From positions 1 through 56,135 of the IMG/VR virus record IMGVR_UViG_3300042922_000108: a stretch of DNA of 56,135 bases; one strand, 5' to 3'. Numbering within the stretch: position 1 is the stretch's first letter; every line of letters begins with the position of its first letter. Below the pieces are notes generated by a model. That model was not told where the DNA came from, did not search any database, and was given only the letters and a program-made list of their open reading frames with translations. Positions 26,559-37,428 of this stretch are shown piece after piece. Both the position numbers and the translations under genes were made by a program. This DNA comes from a virus (Duplodnaviria; Caudoviricetes).

Positions 26559-26947
26559 TACTCGAGCCCTTCAGGTCGCGGTAGCTGCTTTGCAGCAGGT
26601 ACCAGTAGTTCAAGCTTGCCGATATGAAGAATGGCCTTCAGAAGAAGACGTTCCTTGATACCAAGCTTTTCTTCCTGCTCAGTCAAGCGGGTCTTCACGT
26701 CTCTGAGTTCGGCGTGTACTTCACGCAACTGGTTTGTGAAGGCCTCACTCTGTGTGTTGATCTGCCCTTGTAGGTTGTCAACAATCGCATCCCACGTGTG
26801 GTTGATATCGCGGTTTGCTTCATTCTCTGTGGTCTTGATACCGAGCTTGCGTGTTACGAAAACACCAAGCAGGGCGGCGAGCCCTCCACCCCCAAAAATT
26901 ACACCAGCGGCTATGCCGGTGAACTGAAGTATTTGCTCACCTGTCAT
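26558..26947 (-). CDS. Membrane protein with coiled coil (lysis cassette)
   Basis: N-terminal TM with GGGG, then coiled coil. Confidence 0.75.
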   Translation of the reverse strand: MTGEQILQFTGIAAGVIFGGGGLAALLGVFVTRKLGIKTTENEANRDINHTWDAIVDNLQGQINTQSEAFTNQLREVHAELRDVKTRLTEQEEKLGIKERLLLKAILHIGKLELLVPAAKQLPRPEGLE

Positions 26948-27365
26948 CTTCTAAGTCCCTACTCAATGCTGCCATTTTCACGTTCTTCAACCAGTAGACA
27001 GTCAAATCAACGATACGCACCACGAGCAGGAAGAGCAGCATAGTGAAGATACTGGCAGCGGAAATGTATTTCACATCACCGAGTGCCTTTACCCACAAGC
27101 CAACTACGTAGACAGAAATGCCAGCAGCGAGGAAGTAGAGCGATATCCACTCCCAGACGTATTGCTGCCAGAGAGTGGCAATCAAGCACACCAGCCCGAA
27201 GATTGCGAGTGTCGAAATGATGACAATGGTTGAAGGAGTAATTGAAGCAGGAGTAAAAAGAACAACAGCCACGCCAGTCAGTGATGCAAATGCATAACTG
27301 AGAATCCTTGCAGTGCGTACAGCGATCACTGCCCACTTTGGGTAATTCTGGACAGCAAATGGCAT
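26937..27365 (-). CDS. Four-TM membrane protein (lysis cassette)
   Basis: Four hydrophobic segments. Confidence 0.75.
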   Translation of the reverse strand: MPFAVQNYPKWAVIAVRTARILSYAFASLTGVAVVLFTPASITPSTIVIISTLAIFGLVCLIATLWQQYVWEWISLYFLAAGISVYVVGLWVKALGDVKYISAASIFTMLLFLLVVRIVDLTVYWLKNVKMAALSRDLEDDR

Positions 27366-27396
27366 TCTGTTCTAGCTCCTAGATTGTTAAACGACA

Positions 27397-27444
27397 ATTC
27401 CCCTACATCAATGGTAACATTTTGTCAACCTGATGCAGGGGAAT
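27397..27444 (-). promoter_or_regulatory. Putative lysis-cassette promoter enclosed by inverted repeat
   Basis: TTGACA-6-TACCAT lies between ATTCCCCTACATCA and TGATGCAGGGGAAT. Confidence 0.5.
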
Positions 27445-27456
27445 AGCTTGTGTAGG

Positions 27457-28014
27457 TTAGTTCAGCGCCTTCAGCAGCGACACAGACAAAGTGTTGAATG
27501 TCTGGGAGTTGGTGTTGAAGTTAGCGTTTGTGCTGGAGTCGATGTAGGTACGAGTCCAGATGGTGTCACCGGCCACACAGTTGACCACGGAAGACGTAGA
27601 CAGACCCACGTTGTTGGACGCGGAGCCCTTGAACTGAAGCACCTTGCCGTACTCATTGCCTGACTTGACGATACAGATTTCACCGTAGCCGTCAGGAATC
27701 TGAATAACCACGTTCACACCTACGTAGTAGAGCCCCGGAGTCTCAATGGTGATGATGCCGTTGGAGAACGTAAAGCCGGTGTTGAATGTGCTGGGGCTAT
27801 CCAAACCAAACTGCACAGTGGTCAAGGCCTGCTTTGTGAGAGTCTGACCACTCGCGCGGGTAGCGAACAGACCAAGAAATGTTTCCTGAGCCCTAAGCCT
27901 CTGACCGATGCCTTCTTCAATGGAAGAGGCCATTGTAGCCAAGTTCACATTCTGCTCAGCCGTGTCATCCTCATCTGGATACCAGATTTCGTCTATAGGG
28001 GTAAATGCTCCCAT
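27457..28014 (-). CDS. Minor tail protein, C1q/TNF-like beta-sandwich
   Basis: PGLYYV...GDTIW pattern; end of tail module. Confidence 0.7.
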   Translation of the reverse strand: MGAFTPIDEIWYPDEDDTAEQNVNLATMASSIEEGIGQRLRAQETFLGLFATRASGQTLTKQALTTVQFGLDSPSTFNTGFTFSNGIITIETPGLYYVGVNVVIQIPDGYGEICIVKSGNEYGKVLQFKGSASNNVGLSTSSVVNCVAGDTIWTRTYIDSSTNANFNTNSQTFNTLSVSLLKALN

Positions 28015-28202
28015 TACGCGGTTTCTCCACTCGTAGTGTCAGGTACAGGCAATTCCTGTTTCGGCTCGAAAACAATTCTACCTTGCGGTGAATTATCGGC
28101 CTTGCTGAATCCATTGAATTTCAGCAGAGCGTCTTCAATAGCACACAGCCGAAGTGTCAGGGATTCCACTTTGGTAATAAGGTCAGCGGTTGTCGCGTCC
28201 AC
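28014..28202 (-). CDS. Small hypothetical tail-module protein
   Basis: Coupled 62-aa ORF. Confidence 0.55.
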   Translation of the reverse strand: MDATTADLITKVESLTLRLCAIEDALLKFNGFSKADNSPQGRIVFEPKQELPVPDTTSGETA

Positions 28203-28210
28203 TAGGACTC

Positions 28211-30391
28211 CTATGAGAGGTAAGGTGGCAATGGAGCCAAGTTGGTGTCTTTGATCTTCTTACCGGCGTTCATGGCATTCTGCTGGGCAATTGTCTTACC
28301 CGTTGCATATTCACCATTCAAAATCCGGTGTGTGTTGTACCGCACTGCTTTGGAGACGTTCGTTATGGACGGTCCAATGCTGTAAGATTCCGCGCGGTAC
28401 GCTGAGCCGTTGTAGTACACATTGTGGTCATCCACATTTGCAGAGAAGATCAGAGCTGAGCCGATGAAGTTGAACTCAGACGTTTCCTTGCGGGGAATGT
28501 CATAGCTCAGCGTGGAATCACCAGTACCATAGGTCACCGCAATCTTGTGGCCTGCATTGAACGCCGTGAGCTTGTCAGTAACGAAGACCGAATCAAACTT
28601 GGTACCCACTTCTTCAGAGGCATCAGGGTTGCCGGTGTAGACGCGGACGGTCTTCTCTTTGCCGAGCTTCAGGCCTTCACCGAAGACGTAGAGCGCGGGA
28701 CGGTCAGCCACACCCTCAGAGATACGGTAAGGTGCCCGAGAGGATTGGATGGCCGGAGCCTGAATGGTGATTTCGATTTCACCAGCGTTGCGCGTAGGCT
28801 GCACCGTGAGCGAGCCGCCGTTGTCTTTCCACCACTGGGGATCGACAATGAAGCCATCGTTGCCTGTGACCACGTAAGCCCCGTAGGAGTTCGTGTACGG
28901 CACTGGGACACCACCGACAGGCACCGGCTGGTTGAGCGTCAGGAACGTAGTTCCCTCAGTCTGTACCACCTCCACCAGCTTTTCCCCCGGCTCCACCGTG
29001 TAGACCGAATCAGCGCGCCACAACTCAGTGTTGTAGTAGGCACTGGTGTTCTGCTTAGGCTGTTCACGGTAGACAACTTCCACAGTGCGAGCCTTCTCAC
29101 GCTGGTTGGCGGACTCGCTGACGTTGGACTTAGCGAACGGGAGCATTGGCTTGTAGACGTTATCCCACTGCCCTGCCCGTTGGAACTTGCGCGGAGCGAA
29201 GTCAATCCGGTCATTACCGAAAGAGATATCCAGCTCACACAGCGAGCACAGTTCCTTCAGCTTCTCCCAGACGTTGCCGGTGAATCCCGGTACACAGGTC
29301 AGAGGCTTGGCATTACTGTCAAGAGTGATGGAGATTTGATCGTGTGGAGCCTCAAACGGAATCACGTCACCTTCACTGATGTGGAACAGGGAAGGGCTCA
29401 TGTCGATGCCAGCCTGAGCAGTGTCATAACCAAAGTCAATGGTCCGAAGCTCTGGACGGGTACGCAGAGTGGATGCCACAGAAGCAGTGGTGCTCTCGTA
29501 CACAACGTTCTGGCCGGTGTTCTGGTCATAGCCAATCGCGCGGATAGTCACGCTGATGTTGGAAGCAACCGTAGGGTGTGCTTTGATGAGCACATACACG
29601 AAGTCACCAACCACCGTTGTGCTCACAGGCACCGTCAGCGTAGCCAGTACCGTGTAGGCCCCATCACCAGTGCGCTGAGACAAGGTGATGACGCGGCCAA
29701 CCTGCATCAGCCGGTAGGTGGCAGTGTTGTTCAGCCGGTAGTTCCACGTACCAACCAGCACCTCAGTGTTGTAGTCGGTCTGGTGCCACGGATTGAGCCC
29801 CATCCCCCAGATGGTGGACTGAGCCCTGTTGACCTCAATACGGCCAAGGTTGCTGCCGTAGGTAGGCTTGTACCGGCTGTGGTCAGCAGGCCACTCCGAA
29901 GACGGAGCCATGACCCACGTTGCATCCGAGCGTGAAGAGTAGCCAACCTGAGCATTGGTGATGTAGTGCTGCAGGTTTCCCGGCACGCGGAACTTGGGCA
30001 CACCAGCCATAAGCAACCACTGAGTGATTGCCGTGGGAGCCATGTTCACGTCAAAGGTGCTATCCGTGTAGACAGGGTATGTGGTCTGCTCAGTGTTCAG
30101 ACGCTCGAACACCGTGTTCATGTCCAGCTTGGTCAGCCCTGACTTTGCAGAGCTGCCTACGGAGACAACCGCACCTTCCATGTCCTGACGGTCTGAGTCG
30201 GTCAGGACAACAGGATCGCCAAGGTGAGTCTTGGAATCCTTGCCCACGTTCGTCACCGTCGCGGAGAACGTAGGAATCTGACCGCTCGAGTCAGAGGGGT
30301 TGGTAGGAATGTTGGACTTGGAAATGGAATAGGCAGCAAGCTTCCCAATGGGAGTCCTGCTACCGTCCGCCTTGATGAGACTTGCTGGCAT
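28211..30391 (-). CDS. Minor tail protein
   Basis: 726-aa beta-rich ORF second after tape measure. Confidence 0.8.
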   Translation of the reverse strand: MPASLIKADGSRTPIGKLAAYSISKSNIPTNPSDSSGQIPTFSATVTNVGKDSKTHLGDPVVLTDSDRQDMEGAVVSVGSSAKSGLTKLDMNTVFERLNTEQTTYPVYTDSTFDVNMAPTAITQWLLMAGVPKFRVPGNLQHYITNAQVGYSSRSDATWVMAPSSEWPADHSRYKPTYGSNLGRIEVNRAQSTIWGMGLNPWHQTDYNTEVLVGTWNYRLNNTATYRLMQVGRVITLSQRTGDGAYTVLATLTVPVSTTVVGDFVYVLIKAHPTVASNISVTIRAIGYDQNTGQNVVYESTTASVASTLRTRPELRTIDFGYDTAQAGIDMSPSLFHISEGDVIPFEAPHDQISITLDSNAKPLTCVPGFTGNVWEKLKELCSLCELDISFGNDRIDFAPRKFQRAGQWDNVYKPMLPFAKSNVSESANQREKARTVEVVYREQPKQNTSAYYNTELWRADSVYTVEPGEKLVEVVQTEGTTFLTLNQPVPVGGVPVPYTNSYGAYVVTGNDGFIVDPQWWKDNGGSLTVQPTRNAGEIEITIQAPAIQSSRAPYRISEGVADRPALYVFGEGLKLGKEKTVRVYTGNPDASEEVGTKFDSVFVTDKLTAFNAGHKIAVTYGTGDSTLSYDIPRKETSEFNFIGSALIFSANVDDHNVYYNGSAYRAESYSIGPSITNVSKAVRYNTHRILNGEYATGKTIAQQNAMNAGKKIKDTNLAPLPPYLS

Positions 30392-31263
30392 TAGCTTTCA
30401 ACCTCTATAAAGTCAAGTGATAGACCAATCCTATCAATGGTGCTTGACACCAGCTCACCACCTGCGCTAGATGCAAACTGCACCGCACCAATGCCAGTTC
30501 CTACCGGCATCCAAGCAGAGCCGGATTCATAGACCGGAGTGGTACCCAAGCACATGCCGAAGACCTGCAGCGTGGAGCCCAGCGGCATGTAAACGTCAAG
30601 CTCGATCATGGTGGTTGTGGTGTTGGTATCCGCCACCATCACGTGCGAGATATTGAAGCTTCCGGCACCGACAGTCTGCAGCGTTGTCCAGACACCAGTG
30701 GTGCCGTTGTAGCCACGGACCTTGATACCTGCACCGCCCGTAGCAGAGCCATCCACAATGAAGTGGTAGGCCTTGCCGGGGATACGGATTACGCGCGTCT
30801 TCAGAACGCCCTCAAGGGGCACTGAAGAGCCTGCAGCTACCTGAGTGAACTCTGCGTACCTGTTCGTAAATGCTTGGCTAGGAAAGGCATCTGAGGGCAG
30901 TTGAACGCTTGCGCTGTTCACCGTTGGGCGGCACCAGCCACCTGACTGATGTGCTAACTGCCAGCCGTTAGACCAGCGGGGAGGAAGGACATTCAGCAGG
31001 CTTGCCGTGGGATCGGTGAGGTAGAAAGGTCCGGGTCCGAACTGACCGTTGTAAAGGTCAATGAGGTGTCGGAGCTTGGCAGAGTTGCTGCCCCACGTCA
31101 TGTTGAAGGACTTGAAGGCGGTAGGCGCACGATAAACGCTACGCCCACCGCTCACAAGTTCTGTAACTTCAGTGTCGGTTTCGCTTGCGAAGCCCATGCC
31201 GGATTTCGGAGCGGGAATCTCCTGAATGTTCTCTAGCACACCGAAGTACATTTTCTCAGCCAT
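30391..31263 (-). CDS. Minor tail protein (distal tail-like)
   Basis: Directly after tape measure. Confidence 0.75.
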   Translation of the reverse strand: MAEKMYFGVLENIQEIPAPKSGMGFASETDTEVTELVSGGRSVYRAPTAFKSFNMTWGSNSAKLRHLIDLYNGQFGPGPFYLTDPTASLLNVLPPRWSNGWQLAHQSGGWCRPTVNSASVQLPSDAFPSQAFTNRYAEFTQVAAGSSVPLEGVLKTRVIRIPGKAYHFIVDGSATGGAGIKVRGYNGTTGVWTTLQTVGAGSFNISHVMVADTNTTTTMIELDVYMPLGSTLQVFGMCLGTTPVYESGSAWMPVGTGIGAVQFASSAGGELVSSTIDRIGLSLDFIEVES

Positions 31264-31266
31264 TGG

Positions 31267-34200
31267 CTAACTAACTCCCTTGCTTGCCAAAATCCTCTGG
31301 CCTTCATTGACGCTGGAAGCAAGCTGTTCCGTATCAGCGAACAGGTTGATATCCCGTTCAGCGAGCCGGAGTATAGCCTGCAGGTTCTCTGCTGTCAATT
31401 CTACCAGCAGAGGCCCTGAAGCAGACCCGCCACCGCCGCGCCCACTGAGTGAACCGCCAGTGTTGAACGCTGGCATCTTCATACTGTTGATCGCGTGCAT
31501 GAAGTCTTCACCCCAGAAGTCCACCGCGCGCTTCTGCATGATGAACTCTTCGGACTGAACCTTGATGAGTCCTTTGCCGTCCACCGAAGCGAAACGGTTG
31601 TCAACACTCAGGTTCGACGGAGCCTTGCCCGGAATCACACCACCACCAGCGAAGCCGGGAACCGGACCACCACCAGAGCGCCGCGAGAAGGTACCCGGCT
31701 GGAAAGCAGTCATAGACGGATCGTCTTGGAAACCGCCACCCCGAATCTGAGTGTCGATACGGCGCATGGTGTCTTCCAGCTTGCGCGCGTCCACATCAAT
31801 GACTGCAGTACGTGGACGGGTAGCCCAGTCTGCTGCACCGTTGAAGCCGTTCACGGCTCCCATTGCGCCGTGGCCCGGACCGCCAACGTCAGCCGTGACA
31901 GTGGTTGGCTTGTGGTAAGGCACCGAGTTCACGACACCGATGTACCGTTCAAGCGAGCCCTGAAGCTGACCAACAGCCCACTGGTTGTAACCCATCTGCC
32001 CCACGTCGATCTGGAACTGACGTGTCAGACCAGCGGCGTAGTTGCGGACCTGATCGACAGACGCACCAGTGTTGGCGTAAGCCACAACCATGTCCAGCAT
32101 CTTGGACTCGAGGTCACGGAGTGCAGCGCGGTTGGCGATAGCAGCATCCGAGTAGCCGTTGAGTTCACCGATGCCAGCACGCAGAGATATGATCTGAGCA
32201 TTGTTGGCAGCAATGTCCTTACGCTTTGCATCAGCAGCGTTGAGAGCTTCCTGCTCCTGCTGAGCATAATCAGCAGCGCGGTCAACCTCGCCATACTTCA
32301 GCGAGATATCCTTCTCAATCTGTGCCTTGCGAGCGTTGACGACTTCCTCTTGAACCTCATCATTCAGCTCTTTTTGCTTGCTGATAAGTTCGTCAATCTG
32401 GCTCAGCTCATCTTCACGCTTCTTGTTGATAGCGTTCAAAGCCGAGTGGTAGTCATCCGTGGCCTTCTGCACACCGTACTGCTTGTCAAAGGCTGAGGTG
32501 AGCCCCTGCTTCAGACGGTTGGCATAATCATCTGCGGCCTGAGCTGCATCATCAATACCGTTAGCCATGTCTTCACCGGCTTTTTTGCCAGCGTCCCCGG
32601 CACCCTTGGCAGCATTCTTGACCTTGTTGTACCCGTCATTCAGGGAACCAAAGTTAGGAGCAGCAGACGGTGCAAGCTTAGGTGCAACCTGAGCAGGAGC
32701 AGCAATCTGGGCAACAGGAGCCGCCGACATGGTAGGCCGCGCAATAGAAGCGGGTACGTTGCTGGTAACACCAGTCACACCCTTGAACAGAGGCTTGGTG
32801 TACTTAGCCAACGTCGGTGCCGAAGCTGCCACACTGTTGTACGCGCTCTGAACTGCTGCAAGCTGCTGGCTTGCGTAGCTGGCAAAGTTACGGACGTTGG
32901 TGATGGCAGCAGAAGTGTCCGCACCAATCGGAGCTGTGTACGTCTTGTTGGTGATAGACGTAATCAGATCGTAGATTTCTACGGACTTCTCATGTGCTGG
33001 ATTGGTCAGAGCATCCATGACCACTTCATACGGGTAACCCGTAATGAGAGCCAAGTTCTGAGCAAGCTGCATCATCTTGCCGGTAGCCGTTGAGGTGTTC
33101 GCACCGATAAACACATCAGGTTCAGGGAGCGAGCTGATGAAGGACTGTACCTGATCCCGAGCGGACACAGCAGCGTTGGCAGCAGCACCCTGAGAAACTT
33201 GTACCGGAACTTCCAGCGGAGCCCCTGCAAGCAGCGTGGTTCCGAAGATGTTCTTAGCCTGCTCAGCCATGATCTGGACGTTGGCTGGATCAACACCGCG
33301 CGCGGTCATCTCAGCTACAAGGCCTTCAACGAACGCAATGTAATCGGCGCTTGCCTGCTCAACACCCTTTTCAGTGTTCTCAATGAGCCACTGCTGCTCT
33401 TGTGCTGCAGCCTTCAGAGTGTCGCGGAAGGCATCAACGTTTGCACGTCCACCCTCTGTGCCGGGTCCAAAGTCGGCGGACTCAGCAAGTGATTCACCCA
33501 AGCCCTGCAAGGCAGACTGAGTGTTGCCAGCAGCGTCCACCATGCCGAAGATGCCATCAATGAGCTGGTCAAGCTTCTCAGCAGCAGTTAGGGAATCATC
33601 ACCGACTTCACTAATGGCAGCGCCAATACCTTCAACATCAGGAGTGGCAGCAGCGGTTGCGTCCCCAACATTGCCGCCCGCCTTGGCTACGTCATCAAGA
33701 TTCTTTGCACTGGTGACGCTAGAAGAGCCAACCTCGCTGACCTTCTCACGGAGGAAGCCAAACTGAGCAGCAAGAGCTACAGCCTTGGGATCAAGGGAGT
33801 CAAGCACAGCGGCGGCATCAGCAAAGCCCTTGCTACGTGCAACCTCATCCAGCAAAGCGTTGACAGCCTTGCCAGCATTCTCGCCCTGCTGAGCAGCCTT
33901 CACAAGCTTCTCGTAAGGGACACCGGCATCCCGAGCAACCTCAATCAATTTCTTGTTGAGGCTACCCAGTGCAATCACACCGTCAGCGGCAGTGACTTTG
34001 ATGTTGCCCAAAGCCTGAGCTGTACCTGCCAGAGCTGCAGCATCACCGTTCTGAGCAGCCCGAGCCATTTCATCAGCAGCACCAGAAATCTGTTCCTTGG
34101 CATCCAACCAAGCAAAGCCAAGCAGACCGACAGCCATAATCAGCGCGCCTATCGGACCACCAACCAGCCCAAGCATTGCACCACCTGTGCTCTTGATGCT

Positions 34201-36261
34201 GCTTGCCATCCCACGGAAGCCTGTACTGGCACGAGCGGTAGTGTTAGCTGTAGTGAGAAGACCAGCATTAGCAAGGTGAATCTGCCCGTTGGTTGCCTGA
34301 GCAGCGAAGCCCATAGCCTTGAACGCACCAGCCTGAGCCACGAGAGCCTGAGCACTAGCCTGAGTTATACCCTTGTGCATGAGCATGGTGACAGCAACCT
34401 GCTGGAGGATGCCCTTTGCAGTCAGACCGGCAGCGAGTGTACCCTTGCCAAGTACCTGCTGGAAACCAACCAGACCAGCAAGCACAAAGGCCTGCGCAGC
34501 CTTGAACGCGAGCAGGATACCGACAACGGAGCCTAGACCCAAAAGAATGTTGATGGTGGCAGTGAAGCCGGGAGTAGCCTGTGCAAACCTGTCCATACCG
34601 TTGACGATGTTAAGCACACTGCTGGCAACTGCATCCAGACCCGGCAGGGAGCCCTTGCCGATGGTGTCTGTGAAGTTCTTGATGGAGTTGGCAATACGCT
34701 TCAGCTTGGCATCAACAGTGTTGAAGACGCCCTCAGTGGAGCTGTTGAGGAAGGTACCCTCATTGAAGGCCTTGTTCGAGTTTGCCAGCGAGTCCGTGAA
34801 TACGTCGTAACCCTGAGACAGTCCAAGGATGAACTGCTTGTCAAAGACGTTCTTAGCTCCAATGTCATCAAGCACAGCAGACGCGGAACCAGTCTCAGCG
34901 ATTGCAGCCTTGATACCGCCGATGTACTTGTAGAAGAACTGAGACGGATCATTCTTGAAGAGAGCCTGAGCTTCATCTGCAGCCAGTCCGGTGTACTTGC
35001 CGAACTGGTTGAAGGCTTCTCCACCCTCATCAGCCGCGCGGGAGAGCCCCAGCATAATGCGCTGGAACGCACCACGAGCAAGTTCAGGACGGATGCGGAC
35101 AGATGCCAGCGCACCGGACATACCAACAATCTCATCAGCAGCAAAGCCGAAGGTTGCACCGGCAGCAGAAATCTGGTTGTTGACTGCAATGATTTCAGAT
35201 TCAGTTGCAGCAGACTTCACACCGACGTAGGCAATTGCCGAGCCGATCTTGTTGAAGAAGTCTGGGTCTTTACGCATAGGATCGTAAGAGTTCTGCAGAC
35301 GGCCAAAGGCAGTGGAGGCTTCATCCAGCGAAACGTTAGAGGCAGCACCGAAGCGTGCGACAGTCTCAGTGAACGCGCCTACGTCCTGCCCAGCAATACC
35401 GAGCTGACCACCGATGGTGGCAATGTTAGCGAACTCACCGAAGGTCAGAGGAATCTCAGTTGCCAGTGACTTCAGGTCTTCCCGAAGCGTAGCTATCCCG
35501 CTGCTGCTCTGAGACAGCGAGTCGTTAGTACGGACCACCTGAGCGAAGTCACGTTCGTAGGCAATAGCCACAGCAGCCGTAGCGACAGGGATAGCCTGCA
35601 GAGCCATTGCCAGTACAGTATAGGTCTGCCCCACATCGTAGAGCAGGTACCGGGAGTTGGACAGCGAGTCATTGAGTTCCAGCGTGCCGGAAGCAGCCTT
35701 ACGTGAGCTATCAGCTAGCCGAGCAGTGCGTGCGGCAGCAAGATCGGTTGCGGAAGCGGTACGGATGGCTGCTGTAGCAAGGTTCTGCTGAGCAACTGCA
35801 CCGCGAGCCATTTCCGAAGCCACACGTGCCTGAGTGACCGCTTCAGTAGCAGCCATACGCACACGAGCTTCAGCGTCACGCCGTGTGCTAGTTGCAGCAG
35901 TTGAGAGCCCAGAAGCAAGCGACTGCTGACGGATTTTGTTTGCCTTGGCTTCAGCGAGGGCCGTGTCATTGGCAGACTTCTGACGCTTGGACTGGTTGAC
36001 AATCATTTGACCGTCAGCCTTGGCAGCGAGCACAGTAGCCTTGGCGCGATCCTGCTCAGAGCGGATCAGAGCAGCGTTGGCACGCGTAAGCTCAGCCATG
36101 CTCTTGGTTACCTTGTCAAGGTCACCCTGCCCAGTCTGCAGCGACTTGTGGAGGTTCTGCAGCGTCTTATCAAGATCACGAGCAGCGGAGTCAAGCTGAC
36201 GGATGCCTGCTTCAGACTCTTTTGTGCTAATGACAACGCTAGCGTTGAAGTCGTTCGACAC
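31267..36261 (-). CDS. Tape measure protein
   Basis: 1664 aa, Ala-rich helical, TP901-type core (IATIGGQLGI), follows chaperone. Confidence 0.95.
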   Translation of the reverse strand: MSNDFNASVVISTKESEAGIRQLDSAARDLDKTLQNLHKSLQTGQGDLDKVTKSMAELTRANAALIRSEQDRAKATVLAAKADGQMIVNQSKRQKSANDTALAEAKANKIRQQSLASGLSTAATSTRRDAEARVRMAATEAVTQARVASEMARGAVAQQNLATAAIRTASATDLAAARTARLADSSRKAASGTLELNDSLSNSRYLLYDVGQTYTVLAMALQAIPVATAAVAIAYERDFAQVVRTNDSLSQSSSGIATLREDLKSLATEIPLTFGEFANIATIGGQLGIAGQDVGAFTETVARFGAASNVSLDEASTAFGRLQNSYDPMRKDPDFFNKIGSAIAYVGVKSAATESEIIAVNNQISAAGATFGFAADEIVGMSGALASVRIRPELARGAFQRIMLGLSRAADEGGEAFNQFGKYTGLAADEAQALFKNDPSQFFYKYIGGIKAAIAETGSASAVLDDIGAKNVFDKQFILGLSQGYDVFTDSLANSNKAFNEGTFLNSSTEGVFNTVDAKLKRIANSIKNFTDTIGKGSLPGLDAVASSVLNIVNGMDRFAQATPGFTATINILLGLGSVVGILLAFKAAQAFVLAGLVGFQQVLGKGTLAAGLTAKGILQQVAVTMLMHKGITQASAQALVAQAGAFKAMGFAAQATNGQIHLANAGLLTTANTTARASTGFRGMASSIKSTGGAMLGLVGGPIGALIMAVGLLGFAWLDAKEQISGAADEMARAAQNGDAAALAGTAQALGNIKVTAADGVIALGSLNKKLIEVARDAGVPYEKLVKAAQQGENAGKAVNALLDEVARSKGFADAAAVLDSLDPKAVALAAQFGFLREKVSEVGSSSVTSAKNLDDVAKAGGNVGDATAAATPDVEGIGAAISEVGDDSLTAAEKLDQLIDGIFGMVDAAGNTQSALQGLGESLAESADFGPGTEGGRANVDAFRDTLKAAAQEQQWLIENTEKGVEQASADYIAFVEGLVAEMTARGVDPANVQIMAEQAKNIFGTTLLAGAPLEVPVQVSQGAAANAAVSARDQVQSFISSLPEPDVFIGANTSTATGKMMQLAQNLALITGYPYEVVMDALTNPAHEKSVEIYDLITSITNKTYTAPIGADTSAAITNVRNFASYASQQLAAVQSAYNSVAASAPTLAKYTKPLFKGVTGVTSNVPASIARPTMSAAPVAQIAAPAQVAPKLAPSAAPNFGSLNDGYNKVKNAAKGAGDAGKKAGEDMANGIDDAAQAADDYANRLKQGLTSAFDKQYGVQKATDDYHSALNAINKKREDELSQIDELISKQKELNDEVQEEVVNARKAQIEKDISLKYGEVDRAADYAQQEQEALNAADAKRKDIAANNAQIISLRAGIGELNGYSDAAIANRAALRDLESKMLDMVVAYANTGASVDQVRNYAAGLTRQFQIDVGQMGYNQWAVGQLQGSLERYIGVVNSVPYHKPTTVTADVGGPGHGAMGAVNGFNGAADWATRPRTAVIDVDARKLEDTMRRIDTQIRGGGFQDDPSMTAFQPGTFSRRSGGGPVPGFAGGGVIPGKAPSNLSVDNRFASVDGKGLIKVQSEEFIMQKRAVDFWGEDFMHAINSMKMPAFNTGGSLSGRGGGGSASGPLLVELTAENLQAILRLAERDINLFADTEQLASSVNEGQRILASKGVS

Positions 36262-36314
36262 GCTTACCGTCCTATATCATAGAAATTGTACTGTGTCAAT
36301 CCTATCACTGACAC

Positions 36315-36340
36315 AAAAAAGCCCTCCTTTTGGGAGGGCT
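36315..36340 (-). terminator. Intrinsic terminator
   Basis: GCCCTCC stem with T6 on - strand. Confidence 0.7.
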
Positions 36341-36343
36341 CTT

Positions 36344-36781
36344 CTATTTCTCGCTGCTGGCTTTTTGTTTTAGTGCCTTGGCAACCATTTCATTTTGGAA
36401 GTCTGCTCGAGTTGGGAGCTTATCTTCACCTTCAACAGGAACAGCCTTTACAAACAAAGTCCGTCCCGGCTTATCCTGCTTGATATTCTTCTTTGCCTGT
36501 TCATCCCATTTGCAGGACTCACAATCAATGTGGTCATGCTCAAAGTCAATCAGTGCATTTTCAGAATATGCCCACCAGATGGGAACCTGACACTTTGGAC
36601 ACTTCTCAGCATCCAAAGTCTCATACGCGGTAATGATTGCGAAGTCTGCCCAGTGGGGCTTGTTTCTCTTCTTGTAATCGCCCATGATGTAACGGGCGGG
36701 AGAGAAGCCCCACTCTTTGGCAAACTTGATGAATGCTAGATATCCACGCTGGCTGGGTCTGCTGAGAGCTTCGACAAAAAA
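36344..36781 (-). CDS. Tail assembly chaperone C-terminal extension (gpGT-like) reached by -1 frameshift
   Basis: Slippery T TTT TTG at 36781-36775; -1 frame is open through to 36344. Confidence 0.8.
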   Translation of the reverse strand, partial: FFVEALSRPSQRGYLAFIKFAKEWGFSPARYIMGDYKKRNKPHWADFAIITAYETLDAEKCPKCQVPIWWAYSENALIDFEHDHIDCESCKWDEQAKKNIKQDKPGRTLFVKAVPVEGEDKLPTRADFQNEMVAKALKQKASSEK

Positions 36782-37428
36782 TCTGCGTCCGCTGCAATTG
36801 CATTGGAGAAGAGGCCATTGGCGAAGGTCAGGTTGTTGGCGGCGTCGAGAAGCTTGGCAAACTCAGACTGAAGCACAGAGCCCTGCAGCTCTTCAACCGT
36901 CTCAACCTTGACACCACCCTTCTGAGTGGCACCTTCAGCGTTGGTGATGGAAACCGTTGCCTTGGCGATCAGCTCAGCGTTGATCTTTTCGTTGGCCCAG
37001 TCGATACGCTCTTCTTCATCCAGACCCTCTTCCTTGGCATGAGCCTTGGACTTGCGCTGCCAGCTCTTGATGATGAGCTTCCACGCCTTGGGAGCGACAC
37101 CACGGAGCTTGAAGGTCAGAGCGGACTCAAGCACCTTGGCAATGAGTTCCTTCTGCTGCTCTTCCAGCTCAGCAATCTGCTTGTCGATTTCTTCCTTCTC
37201 AGGAGAATCCGCAATGCTACCGTTCTCACCAGCGGTGTGCTTTGCAGACTCGTAGCCAAGCTCAGTGATTTCAGCCAGCACCATGTTCAGTTCATGGGCG
37301 GCTTCACCGTCAATGAAGATCGTAACGTCATCTGTCGGGTAGCTGGTACCCTTCAGGGCAGAGGCAAGATCAAAGCTTTCCTCAGACTTGAGTTCTTCAA
37401 CCTTGGCTTCTACGTTTACTTCAGACAA
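36736..37428 (-). CDS. Tail assembly chaperone (gpG-like)
   Basis: Between major tail and tape measure; slippery site near 3' end. Confidence 0.85.
   Translation of the reverse strand: MSEVNVEAKVEELKSEESFDLASALKGTSYPTDDVTIFIDGEAAHELNMVLAEITELGYESAKHTAGENGSIADSPEKEEIDKQIAELEEQQKELIAKVLESALTFKLRGVAPKAWKLIIKSWQRKSKAHAKEEGLDEEERIDWANEKINAELIAKATVSITNAEGATQKGGVKVETVEELQGSVLQSEFAKLLDAANNLTFANGLFSNAIAADADFLSKLSADPASVDI

Noticed and set aside
28547-29935. Long antisense ORFs (also 31495..32496, 20293..21189, 45453..46325)
   Set aside because: Shadows or alternate frames of well-supported genes, with no RBS or motifs.
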